64,000 bases of DNA, from assembly GCA_001687465.1 (NCBI GenBank), contig LVLI01000319.1:1-64000 (forward strand). The letters are read 5' to 3'. Shown in pieces: positions 1 to 11,400 of this stretch. The stretch is from Halocafeteria seosinensis. Its lineage: Eukaryota. A program made the position numbers and the translations under genes. How positions within the stretch are numbered: position 1 is the stretch's first letter; every line of letters begins with the position of its first letter. The notes beneath the pieces are model-generated. The model saw only the letters and a program-made list of their open reading frames with translations. It was not told the origin of the DNA and searched no databases.

Positions 1-720
1 CCCTTAAGCACAGCAGTCTGGGGCAGGCCAAGCAAGAGCCTTAGAGCTTTCGCGTACTCGGTTGGGGTAAAAGTAAAACCTTTCCGCGGAGCTGCATAGA
101 CCCAAGCAATAGCCTCCTTGGCTGATGTGCACTTGAGGATCGACTTCAGGGAACCAGAAGCGTTCTCTGTCAGCTTGGAATGAAGTATGACCTGCCACTT
201 AGCAGTGAAATGATGCTGCAATTGCGGCGTGTCTTTGTAGGACGCCAAACAAGCGTCCAGAGGCCCAATCAACCGGACCAATTCCTCTTGCACTGGGCGC
301 AACCAAACCGGTGCCTCCGTACCGAAGGGAGCCTCCGGCAGGTCCCTACTTCATCGAGCGTTGCCATCGCCGACACCAAGGAGCTCATGAAAGCAATGCT
401 CGGCTTCGAAAGCCCCCATCCTAAGCCACCCATTTTCACAGGAAGAGCTGCACGCGTCACCACCGCTTCACTTAACTCAGCACCATGGGGTAATTGGAGC
501 GCTCTCTTGAGGAAATTCAGCAGCTTCTCCACGAAAAGGTCCACGATGCCCTCCATGATATCCGGTCTCACGCAACGGAGCCAGTACATGTAGTTAGGCT
601 GCCGGGACAGACAGTTGGCGACAAGGCGCAAGACAGCCTGCGGAGGCAGGTTGTGCTCTGCAGCATTCTCCAACTTTCCCTTCCTTTCCAGTTGGGCAAA
701 ATCGTTTCTTTCGAGTAACT
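1..720 (-). mobile_element. 5'-truncated, frameshifted non-LTR retrotransposon remnant (CRE/R2-like RLE clade, post-RT region); continues beyond window start
   Basis: ORF 673-269 contains YWLRCVRP...RAALPVKMGGLG (LPxxxGGLG motif that follows the RT domain). After a frameshift near nt 345 another minus frame is open to nt 1 and reads ...EAIAWVYAAPRKGFTFTPTEYAKALRLLLGLP, matching the AWxxAxP...EF/YxxALRLxLGLP motif of these elements. No RT core is visible upstream. Confidence 0.75.
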
Positions 721-1355
721 AGGCTGATGTGACTAGCTCGTCCAAATCGCGTTGATAATCGACTGCTCAGTTGGATAGCAGCTCCATCGATTAACTAGAA
801 GTTGTGTATATTAAGGAGGTTGTATGAAGTAGAAGTTGTGTGTCGACACTGTAAATGTCGTATGCTTCCCATTTCAGGAAGTATTGGGAACGAGGCAGTA
901 AAGAATTGTTGCCAGGTCATTTATTTGGTATTTTGGTATTTTTTGCAACTTGTTGTCCTGAACCTTGGTAAGATTGAGTACTCGTTACTACCAAGAATTC
1001 TCGGCGACTGGGTTCTTAGGTCTCCGGAGTGGGCGACGTTGAGGTAGGTGCCAATTAAAATCACCGACATGGATTTTCTACTGCTTCAAGTATCTCTACT
1101 ACTACAGCGACAACAAATTTGTGTGTTTGTGGTGAGTGTACAGTTTTCACGTCCTCAACAAACGCATTGTATATCATCAATAGATTCAGTCAGTACAGTT
1201 CACCACTGTATAGGCTATGTGGACATTCTCATGAATATGATTGGGCTGTTTCCAGCGACATACATCCTGGAGCCGTCAATGAGTTGTGCACTTTCGACTT
1301 GTGAGTTCCGGGATGCCAGACTTGACAAAGGAAAGTGGAGCTACAATACTCTGCG

Positions 1356-2673
1356 TTACCTGGACTCTAAGTCTTTGATCTTGTGTGCGATTTTTTCCGC
1401 AATTTCCGATGCCTCCATCATCTGCGATGAACAATGGATGTAGCAATCGATATCAAATTTCTCAGCCTCACGGAACCGAACATACTTGAGGGAAAAAGTC
1501 GATAAACTCTCCATCAGGAGAAAGGAGGTACAAAACGATACTATGATCCACGACGTAATCATCATCATCTTCATCTCGATGATCAACCTGGACGTAGCGA
1601 ACGATATTGCTGGATTGCGGACATGCTACGTAATGCATCATAGAACACACCTCAGAAAAATATACTCTGAATGCCCGAGTTGCGTTTTTGATCTGTTCCG
1701 GAGTGCCGGTGAGTCCAATCATCTTCGGATGGAAATCTGTCAACATGCTATGCGTTGGCAGCCCAAACCAACAGGCAAGAATAACTAACTAACGCACCTT
1801 TCAAATATTCTCGAGTTTGAGCTACAGTATCCCGGTACGGATCAACCGAGATAAAGATGGGAACGACCTGTAACCCAGCGTAGCGCACCGTTAAAAGTCA
1901 ACAAAATGAACGCACGGGAGGTAGCAAAGGCATACTTCGGGTACATTTTTCCTCTTATTGAGCATGTCAATGACTTTACCCATTTTTACCATTTCGTTTG
2001 GGCATATATCAGGGCAGTAGGTGAACCCAAAATAAATCAGATGGTAGTTGCCCCTGCGAGAAAGTGAGAGCAGATTAACTACTGGTATTTTCCATTTGCA
2101 CAGCAAATTATCCCTTACCTGAAATTTTTCTCGGTAACAGGGCGTCCATTAGTGTCTACAAGTTCAAATGGACCTCCCAAAAGAGCCTTCCCAACACTTT
2201 GAACCGTACTTTGGCCTGTGGAAAACCATAAGAAGACACCATTCCGCCGATCAGGTCATATGTATCGTAGAATTATTTTACCTGAAAACTGTTTGCTCCT
2301 TTCCTTTTGATAGTTGTAATATAGGAGAACGGCTGCTCCTAGCACTCCAAACATCCCCAAACTGGCCCACGAGACCGGCTGCAAAAGAATTGACAGAAAC
2401 CTGCAGGATCCAGGATCGAGGGCTCTGCAATATCTTTCAACCACATACGCCTGTTGTACGAGATTCCTTAGACGCTTCGATATCTTGTCCTGAGTATTTT
2501 GATCCACTTCCCCCTTCCGCCGAGGTTCTTGCGCGGTTGCTACTGCTACTGGTGCACGATCGGACCCAACATGGCTGTCTCAGACTGGTTATTCGCATGG
2601 GGAGGGCGAGTTTGTCCCCTGAGTTTAGCATAGGACGGACCACTCCCATCCGTGAAGCCACTAGACGGTTCAT
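1356..2673 (-). CDS. SCO1: Mitochondrial copper chaperone SCO1/SCO2 (multi-exon; 3' end approximate)
   Basis: Exons encode a presequence-like N-terminus, TM helix [38 protein letters not shown] (CxxxC), [21 protein letters not shown] and [19 protein letters not shown] (conserved His). Confidence 0.93.
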
Positions 2674-3018
2674 TGTTAGGTGCGTGCGCAATGAATGATT
2701 CAGAACGTCAGAGTCGCAAACCGACTCTAACTGACTAAGCAAAGAATGACCACCCACTTGTGTCGTGACGATGTACAACAATCCTCTTGCCCATTAACTT
2801 GGTCAGCACTATTTAGTGCTGCACTAACAGAAGCATGCCTAACAAAAGCAATGCTCCAGGTATTACGGCTTTGTGAAGGTCGAAGGAGAGATTACCAATG
2901 CACCAGAAGAGTATTAATTGGCAAGAATTGTTAGATGATGGGTGTGAGAGCCTGTTTCTTTGGTATACAACTAATATCACTGCAATACGCACACACACAC
3001 GCACACGCATAGCCTGGT

Positions 3019-4855
3019 ATGGCACAAGAGGAGAAGGAGCCCCGACGCAAGGTGGTAGCCAACTTGAACATTGGAGCTTTGGGGCATGTTGACTGCGGTA
3101 AGACAAGCTTAGTGAAATTACTTTCAACAGAACTCTCTACAGCAGCATTGGACAAACATCCGCAATCGCAAGAGAGAGGGATTACTTTGGACCTCGGCTT
3201 CTCGAGCTTCAGACTAGGAATTCTTCCTGAGCACTGGAAGAAACGATACACGGAACGGGGATGGAATTCCTCAGATTTCCCGGAAGATGTTCAGGTAACT
3301 CTGGTTGACTGTCCCGGTCATGCTTCATTGATCAGGAGCATTATAGGTGGTGCCCAAATCATTGATATGGTAAGAAGCTTCTGTTCCCAGTGGGTTTGCT
3401 TCGCATCTTGTAGAAAAATGGACTCGCCGTCTCACAGATGCTACTGGTGGTGGATATTACAAAGGGGATACAAACACAAACGGCTGAAGTAAGCACTCAA
3501 ACGCCAATAGTTGAGTCACCCGGGAATAATTGTATCAATGTTGGTTTTACCAGTGCCTCGTCATTGGAGAGATTGTTACTGACCATATGATTGTCGTCTT
3601 GAACAAAGTAGACCTCCTGGCAGCGGATGAAAAGGACTATAAAGTATGCTTCTGAAACTACAGTTACCTTATATTCTGTGCTTTATGCAGGCGTCTGACG
3701 TGGTTGCAGATAGAAAAAATGAAAAAACGAGTGCAGAAGGTGCTATCGAAAACAAAATTTCATAGCGCCCCTATCATTGTTGCCTCTGCAAGGCAGGAAG
3801 AATCGCGTCCAGCTATTTTAGAAGCTATTGCAGTGAATTCGCCGGTACCATCACGGGACTCCACCCGCCCGTTACTCTTTAATGTTGATCACTGTTTTTC
3901 CTTGAAGGGGAAGGGTACAATATTGACTGGCACTATTCTAGCGGGAAGACTAAACATCAACGATACAATTGAACTACCTCTGCAAGGAGAGATAAGGAAA
4001 GTGAAGTCGATGCAACAGTTTCACCAGTCCATTGACTCGGCACAACAGGGTGACAGAGTTGGCGTGTGCTGTAGCGGTCTAGATGCAAGCTCAATAGAAA
4101 GAGCTGTCGCTTGTGCACCAGGATACTTGAGGCCAGTTTGCTCTGCGGTGGCTCTTGTAAAAAAGATAAAGCATTACAAAGCTCAGGTAGGAACTGGAAG
4201 TAAATTTCACATTTCTGTAGGCCATGCGACCGTTCTTGGCACTGTTTCATTTTTCGGAGAGCCTTTTGAAGTGGGACCGGATGCCTCCAAATTTTCAAGT
4301 TTTTCGTCGCGGGATCCATTTGAAGGAATCCTATTCGACTATTCCAAGGAGTATCCTTATAGAGAGAGCCTCACTGAACCTGACGATGATGAATCTGGTT
4401 TTTCCTACTTCCAATGGAGTTATCTTCGTTTCGAGAGCCCCGTGCTGATACCCCGCTCGGGCTTGCTAATTGGGTCGAAATTAGATACGGACATCCGCAC
4501 AAAGACCTGTAGAATTGCGTTTTATGGGTATGTGGTTGAGAATTTGGAAGAAAAACACCCCGCTGTATTTAGAGAGAAACGGAGGTTAGGGAAGGTAGAT
4601 CGAGTCACCAAAGGTGGGGACGGGGCAGCAAGTTTGACAGAAATCATAGGAACTGGAATGTTTCACAAGGAGACGGATATGTCAAAGTTTATAGGAAAGC
4701 ATGTCTTCTGCGAGGAGGCAAACGCGGAATTGACGATCGATAACCCTTTTGGAAAATCGGGGAAGTTTAAGTGTTCTACGAGGGCTCCGTGTTCATTGGA
4801 TAAAGGATACACCTTGGTCCTGATGTTGAAGAAATACATAACTTTATCTGGCTAA
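3019..4855 (+). CDS. EEFSEC: Selenocysteine-specific translation elongation factor (introns approx. 3370-3438, 3489-3553, 3643-3708)
   Basis: NIGALGHVDCGKTSL, AALDKHPQSQERGITLDLGFSSF, LVDCPGHASLIRSIIGGAQIID, GIQTQTAECL, NKVD, VDHCFSLKGKGTILTGT, CRIAFYG and PFGKSGKFK are diagnostic eEFSec motifs. Confidence 0.95.
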
Positions 4856-5006
4856 GAGGAAAAGAGAACGGCAGGCCTTTTGGGGAAATCGGGGAAGTTA
4901 AGGTGTTAACTGCGACGGCTCCGTGTTCATTGAATAAAGGGGCATACATTGGGCCTGATTTCGAAGAAATGCATGACGGTATGTGGCTAAGAAAACAAGA
5001 GAACGG
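4745..5006 (+). repeat. Degenerate direct tandem duplication (~130 nt unit) of the eEFSec 3' end
   Basis: 4745-4871 (ccttttggaaaatcggggaagtttaag...tggctaagaggaaaagagaacgg) recurs at 4876-5006 (ccttttggggaaatcggggaagttaagg...tggctaagaaaacaagagaacgg) with substitutions and small indels. Confidence 0.9.
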
Positions 5007-5009
5007 TTG

Positions 5010-7190
5010 TTAATAAAAATGTTTGGCATTGTTCTCAAGGTAGTTAATTCGCCGCCGTAGCCGGCCCATTTCCTCGTTCAGTCTCTGGGAATTCCAGGCT
5101 TCTTTCACCACAGCGTTGACATCTTCATCTTCATCGGGCGTTTCACCTACGAAATAAGAAGTGGTGTGGGTGAGGTTTTCTTTGCCTCTTGGCCCGGTAG
5201 GCACCGATTGCTGGCCCTTCCCGCCCTTGGCTCGGGCTACAGTGTCGTGGGGTGCTTTGGTGCCCGTTTGTAAAGGCTGTGCGTGTGCAGCATGCGATGC
5301 TCGATAGTATACTCCAGAGGGTATCCCAGAGGAATTGGATTTTGCTGCCCCATGTCCTTTTTTATGCTTCCTCTCCGTCGTACCTGAAGAACGGATTTCC
5401 GCGTTGCCATTTTCTTCCTTCAAACGATGAGGCTCTTCCTCGAAATCGACTGGGCGAACTGCTTCTCCGATTAGAGCCCACTGTGTTTCGAGCTGCCGCA
5501 GTGCCCTTCGTAGTTGAATAACGTCATTGGTGAATCCTTCCATGTCTAGTGCCCTCCGGCGTTTTAAATCAGCGTACCTGGTGAAGATGGCTAGAAAATC
5601 GTTGAAAACAACCTGAAATACGCTAAATGAGGATGTTCTTACTTCTTCCGTAAACTCTCGGCATGTTCACGGGTCTTACTCAGTTGGTCTTCGTAGTTTT
5701 GCTGAACCTGCTGATATTGGTCCTGTAACACCTTAAGATCATCATCGCGCTGCTGCGTTATACGATATGCCTCGGCTTTCAGGTTGGCTATTTCTCTTTC
5801 CGAAGATTCTTTAACTGCTTCCACTTCTTCCTGGGCAGATGCTCGGGCTCGTGCCAACTCTTCTCTCAACTGTTTTGGTGGGCAGGTATGAAGTAGAAGA
5901 ACAAACATGATCCCACTTTCTACGCACAATATAATGCAGGGGATCTGCAACATACCTGGTCCCTTTCATTTCGCAAGTCTCTGTTGGATTCCGCGGCTTC
6001 ACGAGTTTTCTCGTCGGCCTTCTGTTTGGCCTCCAACATATCCTTCGTTGCGTCTCGACTGCTTTCCCTTGCGGCTTTGAGATCTTTCTCCAACTGCTGA
6101 ACCCTTTCTTTGAGATCCTTTTCTCGATTTTCAGCTGCCTTGCGATTTCTTTCCCGGTCTTCCTCCCAGGCTTTTTTTCTTTGTTCAGATAGTTCATTTG
6201 CAGATTGCAACTGCTTGTCCAGAGCTTCCACCTTTTTAACGAGGGCTTCGGCTTGGTCGGAAGGCAAATATACGGTCCTTAGGATACGTTCCGACGTGTT
6301 GGTTTTGGTGGGATTCTGTTTCCCACTTGGTGGGTCACCATACACTCCTGCCGCCGTTTCCATGTGATGCTGCTTGGCTCCCTGCTTCCCATCATTATCA
6401 GTATTACCTCCTGATTGTAATTTCTCTGGCCTGCAATCTCTGAAAAAAGTGACTTCTTGAGTCACCGGCTGAGCCAAAGCCAGAAGATGCTGAATGCGCT
6501 TCCTGTCTTCAATCTCTTGCACCTTGAGCTGTTCATTTTCGGCCTGCAATTTGAGGACATGCTCGCGCTCATCATACAAATAACTATTGGCATCCGACAG
6601 TGCTTTCTGAAGCTCTTTTATCTGTATCGTTTCGGTTAGACCATTCAATTGTACAGAGCAGAGAAAGAGACCTCCGCAAAGTACGTACCTCTTCTTCTCG
6701 AACCTGCAACTGCCACCGTAGACGGTCGAGTTCTTCGTGTTGAACCTGCATAGGAGTAAAATAAAGTTATCCATAGCCTGATGAGAAACAAAATAAGCAC
6801 CTCTTTGCATACCTCGAGGTTCGAGAACCGTTCCAATAGCCGCTTCCTCTCTTGATCATACTGTTCACATCTATCACGGTAATACCTTAACAGATCCGCC
6901 TGAGCCGTGGTCGATTCTTCATCCCCTGGACGTCCTATAGCGACTTCACGGCCTTGTGTTTGTTCATGATATCTACTTGTCGTGGATGACGAGGACGTTG
7001 CGGGAGCTGGAGGAGCTCTGGCATTCGAGCCATGCGATGGCGTTGCGGTGGGTATCAACGACACGGAATTAGAAGAAAAAGACGAAGATGATGAGGACAT
7101 CTGATTATTGCTAGTATGCGTACGACTGCTTTTCATGGAGTAGCCGAAAGAGGAGCCGTTAGCTCCCGTCTCCTGCTGAAATCGCGACAT
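5010..7190 (-). CDS. CCDC77: Coiled-coil domain-containing protein 77-like (multi-exon)
   Basis: LLRYYRDRCEQYDQER, IKELQKALSDANSYLYDEREHVLKLQAENEQLKVQEIEDRKRIQHLLAL and RRALDMEGFTNDVIQLRRAL match the CCDC77 family; GT-AG introns join the ORF pieces. Confidence 0.85.
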
Positions 7191-7487
7191 TTATGCCTCC
7201 GTTTCTTGACCCCACATACATACACAGTTTATTCAACAATGGTCGTCAAAAGGAGAGTCCTTACATAAAAATTCATGGAGTCCCAAGCACTATGCCAACC
7301 AAGGAAGTGCCATGGCCCCATGGGCTGGCCGTTAAGGAATTTGTGAAGGTCCCCACGCGCTCGAATCGGCTCGATTCTAGTACATGGTAGTACAATGATT
7401 GTACAAAGTTGGACAGCACGAGTGTGTATGTCGTATTTATTCACTCTCTTTTACAAGACAGGAATTGGTGAACGCTCGATTTTGGAC

Positions 7488-8431
7488 ATGGAACAGGGGA
7501 CGAACGAAGCAAAGAAAGGGTATTTTGAATTGCGCTATTGCGTTTAGTTAGAGAGAGATTCAGGACGATGCGTCTAGAAGATTTTGAAATTGGTCGAGCC
7601 ATTGGGAAGGGCCGCTTTGGGAATGTATACCTGGCGAAACACATACCCTCGGGGGGCCGTCAAGTGGCACTTAAAGTGATGATGAAGCAGCCCATTATTG
7701 ATGCAGATTGTGTTCATCGTTTGAGAAATGAGGTGGAAATCCAATCAAGAATTTCCCATCCGAACTGCTTACGTTTATTCGGGTATTTTCATGACGAGAA
7801 CAAGGTCTATCTGGTGTTGGAGTACGCAAATGGAGGAAGTGTTAGTGACCACCTACGTAAACTGGGACGCTTTTCGGAGGAAATGGCTGCACGTCATGTA
7901 GCATCCGTGGCATCGGCGCTTGCTTATCTTCATGAACGGAATGTAATTCATAGAGACCTCAAACCAGAAAATTTGCTATACTTGGATGACAAGACCACGC
8001 CCATGATAGCGGACTTCGGCTGGTCCATACACGCGCCACCTCCGTTTGGAAGACGCAACACGTTTTGCGGAACTGTAGAATATCTACCGCCAGAAATGCT
8101 AGACGGGGAAGCTCATACTTATTCTGCAGATTCTTGGGCGCTAGGAATAATGGCATATGAGTTACTGTTTGGATATACTCCTTTCAGCGCTCCGGGTCAA
8201 GAGAAGACGGAAGCGGATTCCAGTGCATGGCAGAATACAACGATAGCCAACATACAAGAGTGCCAATACGGGTATTCCTCAACGGTGCCAATTTCTACGG
8301 ACGCCAAAGATTTCATCGATTCGATGCTGCAGAAGAATCCGAGCAACAGGATTCCAGTTGAGAGCGCTTTACATCACCCTTGGATTGCGTCGTTCATTGA
8401 TATGCAAGCATCCGAGGATCAGCCATCATGA
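7488..8431 (+). CDS. Aurora-family Ser/Thr kinase (possible short first exon 7488-7519; otherwise ATG at 7568)
   Basis: LEDFEIGRAIGKGRFGNVYLAK, VALKVM, EVEIQSRISHPNCLRLFGYFHD, HRDLKPENLL, ADFGWSIHAP, RRNTFCGTVEYLPPEM are typical of Aurora kinases. Confidence 0.92.
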
Positions 8432-8446
8432 AGTTATCGCATCATC

Positions 8447-11400
8447 TCACTTGCCTGTTCTGTCCATCTCTCCTTTCAGTAACTCAACGTGGGTTTCATG
8501 CGCGCCAATAATGTAGTATACTGGATCGAACAGCGGGTTCGCCCGCACCTCAAGTTGCTTTCCGGTCTGCTGCTTCGTGAAATCAGACGTCCCTTTCCCT
8601 CCGGGGTAGACTCCCACACTTTCCAACAAGGTCGTTGTTGTTTCAGTTTCTTTCATCTGTTTTGTCGAAGAAAGAATTTCGTCCTGCATCTGCTCGGTAA
8701 TGAGGTGCTCCCACTGCTCGGTGGATTCTTTCGAGGCTCGAGGATAAATTTCGGTCACGATACCAACGAATAGGTTAAGGACGANAACCGCCATAAGGAC
8801 ATAGAACATATAGAAGAACGTATACATCACGCGGGGTTGATACGTGGTGAGCCTATCAAATTCTCCCGCAAAACCTACCCCGAATAGAGAGTAGAAGGAA
8901 CGCAAGACTGAAGTGAACTCTGGGTTCTCAGTGCCAAAAGCAACATGGAACGATATCCCAAAAGTAAATATCAACATTGCCATTACGGACAAGTAGAGCA
9001 TTACGATGCGGTCTTGCCACGTCATCAAAAACGCTAGCAGCATTGGTCCCCAACCGGGTATCAACCTAAGGTACTGTACAAACCGGATGATCATCAACAA
9101 TACAGTTACCGCCAAGAGATCAGTTTCAAGCTCCAGTTTCGATGCAAGACCCCATAGTGAAGTAAAAGTGGACGTCTTCGCAACATCTATCCTTAGAGTA
9201 TCCCGTTCATTGGTGCTCGAAACGTCAAGGACTAAAATAGCCGAGAGCATTCCTGCAAGAAGGACCTCTAGCCAGTTCCACCCATTTAGAGCGGCACTCT
9301 TCAATCCACTGAAACTTAGATCCCGTGTCAGTATTAGTACCTGAATAGCCAACATAGCAACCAGAGTTGCTTGGAAGCTTCCCGAAGGAGCAAATCTGCC
9401 ATTAAAGGGACGAGCGGTCTTCAGGAGAATATCTGAACGGGATGAACCCGCTGAAGAAAAGTATGTCCCTAAACGGACACTAGCGAACGTATTGATGTTC
9501 GGGTTGTAAATCGTGAAGTCGACAGATGCAAATCGTGTACTCTTAGACATCCCTCCTTGCTCTACATAGAGAGCACGCTGCCTCCGGCTGGTCACATTTG
9601 CTGAGTCGAGATCGATCACGCTGACATCCTCGTCCTCTACGGGCTCCTTAAAGAAGAGATGGTGAACAGTCAGGAAGGATCCTTGAGAGTAATGCACTGA
9701 CGGTGCTAACGAGTTTCCTCTATACTCAGGAATACATCCTATCCATTGCGATCGAATAGAGCGCGGGTAAGAACAGTTTTGCATCGCTTCAGTATACAAC
9801 GCTAGGCGAATTGAGCCAATCAGAACATTACCTTCCGTAACTTCTGAGTAACCATACCCCGTATCGTAGAAAATAGGAATAACAGATTCATCGGAATTGT
9901 GTAACACATGCTGATTCATCCACATCCACCAAGACGAACGGTCTCGAACCTCTTCCTTATAGCTCCCGAAATGGTCGCGGAGCCACAAGCTCAGCTCCGC
10001 TACCGACCCACCATCGTAATCAGGTGAGATAGGGGTCATCATGATAAACAAAACTACAAGCACTAGCAAATGAACAATGAGTTTAAAGAATTGACTGATA
10101 GCGAAGTTCTGCCTTCCGGATTGTGTCTGCGGCGTTTCCTCTAGTAGGTCCAGCATACTTCTGCTGTGGTTTAAGTTCTCCTTAGATGTGGATACTGCCT
10201 GTTGCCTACGCTGCTCCAATAGTGCCACTTCTTTTTCAATGCTTCCAGTTCGCTGGCCTAAACCCTTCCTAATGTCAAACCGTCTCACTGTCCTATCATC
10301 GTCCTGCACCTCATCTGCAACTGTTGAACTACCCCCGGTTTCCGCGTTTGCGACGAGTTTCTTGTAGTACTCGATCACCTGAGCCGACAGAATAGACGAA
10401 AAATGGAGACTGTGACTGTCAACCAATCGGTATCGAGTCATAAATGTCAAAACTGATTCATCCATGGGCCTTAGTTGGTTTCTAGCAGCGTAGCTGCGGA
10501 CAACGTCTACGATACCTCGAAGCACTTTCACCTCGACAGAAGTACTGCGGCCCTCTTGGTTTGGTCGCTGATCATACCAAGATACAAGAGACTTGCTTAC
10601 ATCGTTAGGCTCAGTGTTAGCACTTCCCGACCATCCTCGTCTCAAGGCCCTAACAATACCTGGTGGATACTGCGCCGCCTCTTTCATTTCATTGACCTGT
10701 AGTGTTAATAACTTCCGATAGACTTCATGTTCCATCTTGTGCTGATACAACGCACGCTCGTACGGGCTGAGTAAGCTGTAGTCTTGTTTTGTCGGGTCAG
10801 CACCTCTTTCTATCAATAGCTTGGTAATCTCCGTGTTTCCAACATGGACAGCTACCGTCATCGGGCTGATCAAGACCATAGATTTGTTTTCACCTTGGAC
10901 ACTAAAGAGCTTCTGGATACCATACGAGTTCCGCCAGTTCTCTAAGTTCGGGTCTTTCGGCAATGCGCGCATCCAAATCTTAGCCGGAGTAAGAACGCAG
11001 GTGACGTCATTAGAATAATGATTGCGTTGACCAGATGGTTTCCACTCGTCATGTTCAAACTTTAACGCAGCTGCACGATCTTTTTCGACCACTGTGCTGC
11101 CTTCAGTCAAGTGTTTAGAAAACAAATGATTGAGCAAAGTATCACTGTGGTCTTGGGAGGTCCAGTCGTGAGATGAAAAGCCATGGAACCATGAAATATC
11201 CACTAGTTCTAACTGTTTCTTCTTGGAAGTGTCATAAAATAACGAAGCGCGCTGTCCACTAGTAGTGGGAGAAGTGCCTGAACTCAAGGGTGATTTTCCT
11301 CCCGGCTTCACTGTCTTCTGCATAGCGGCAAGCCACCTCTTCTTGGCACTATTAGTGTTGGTAGCGTCATCTTTCTGTGATGTCGAGTCAAAATCATCGC

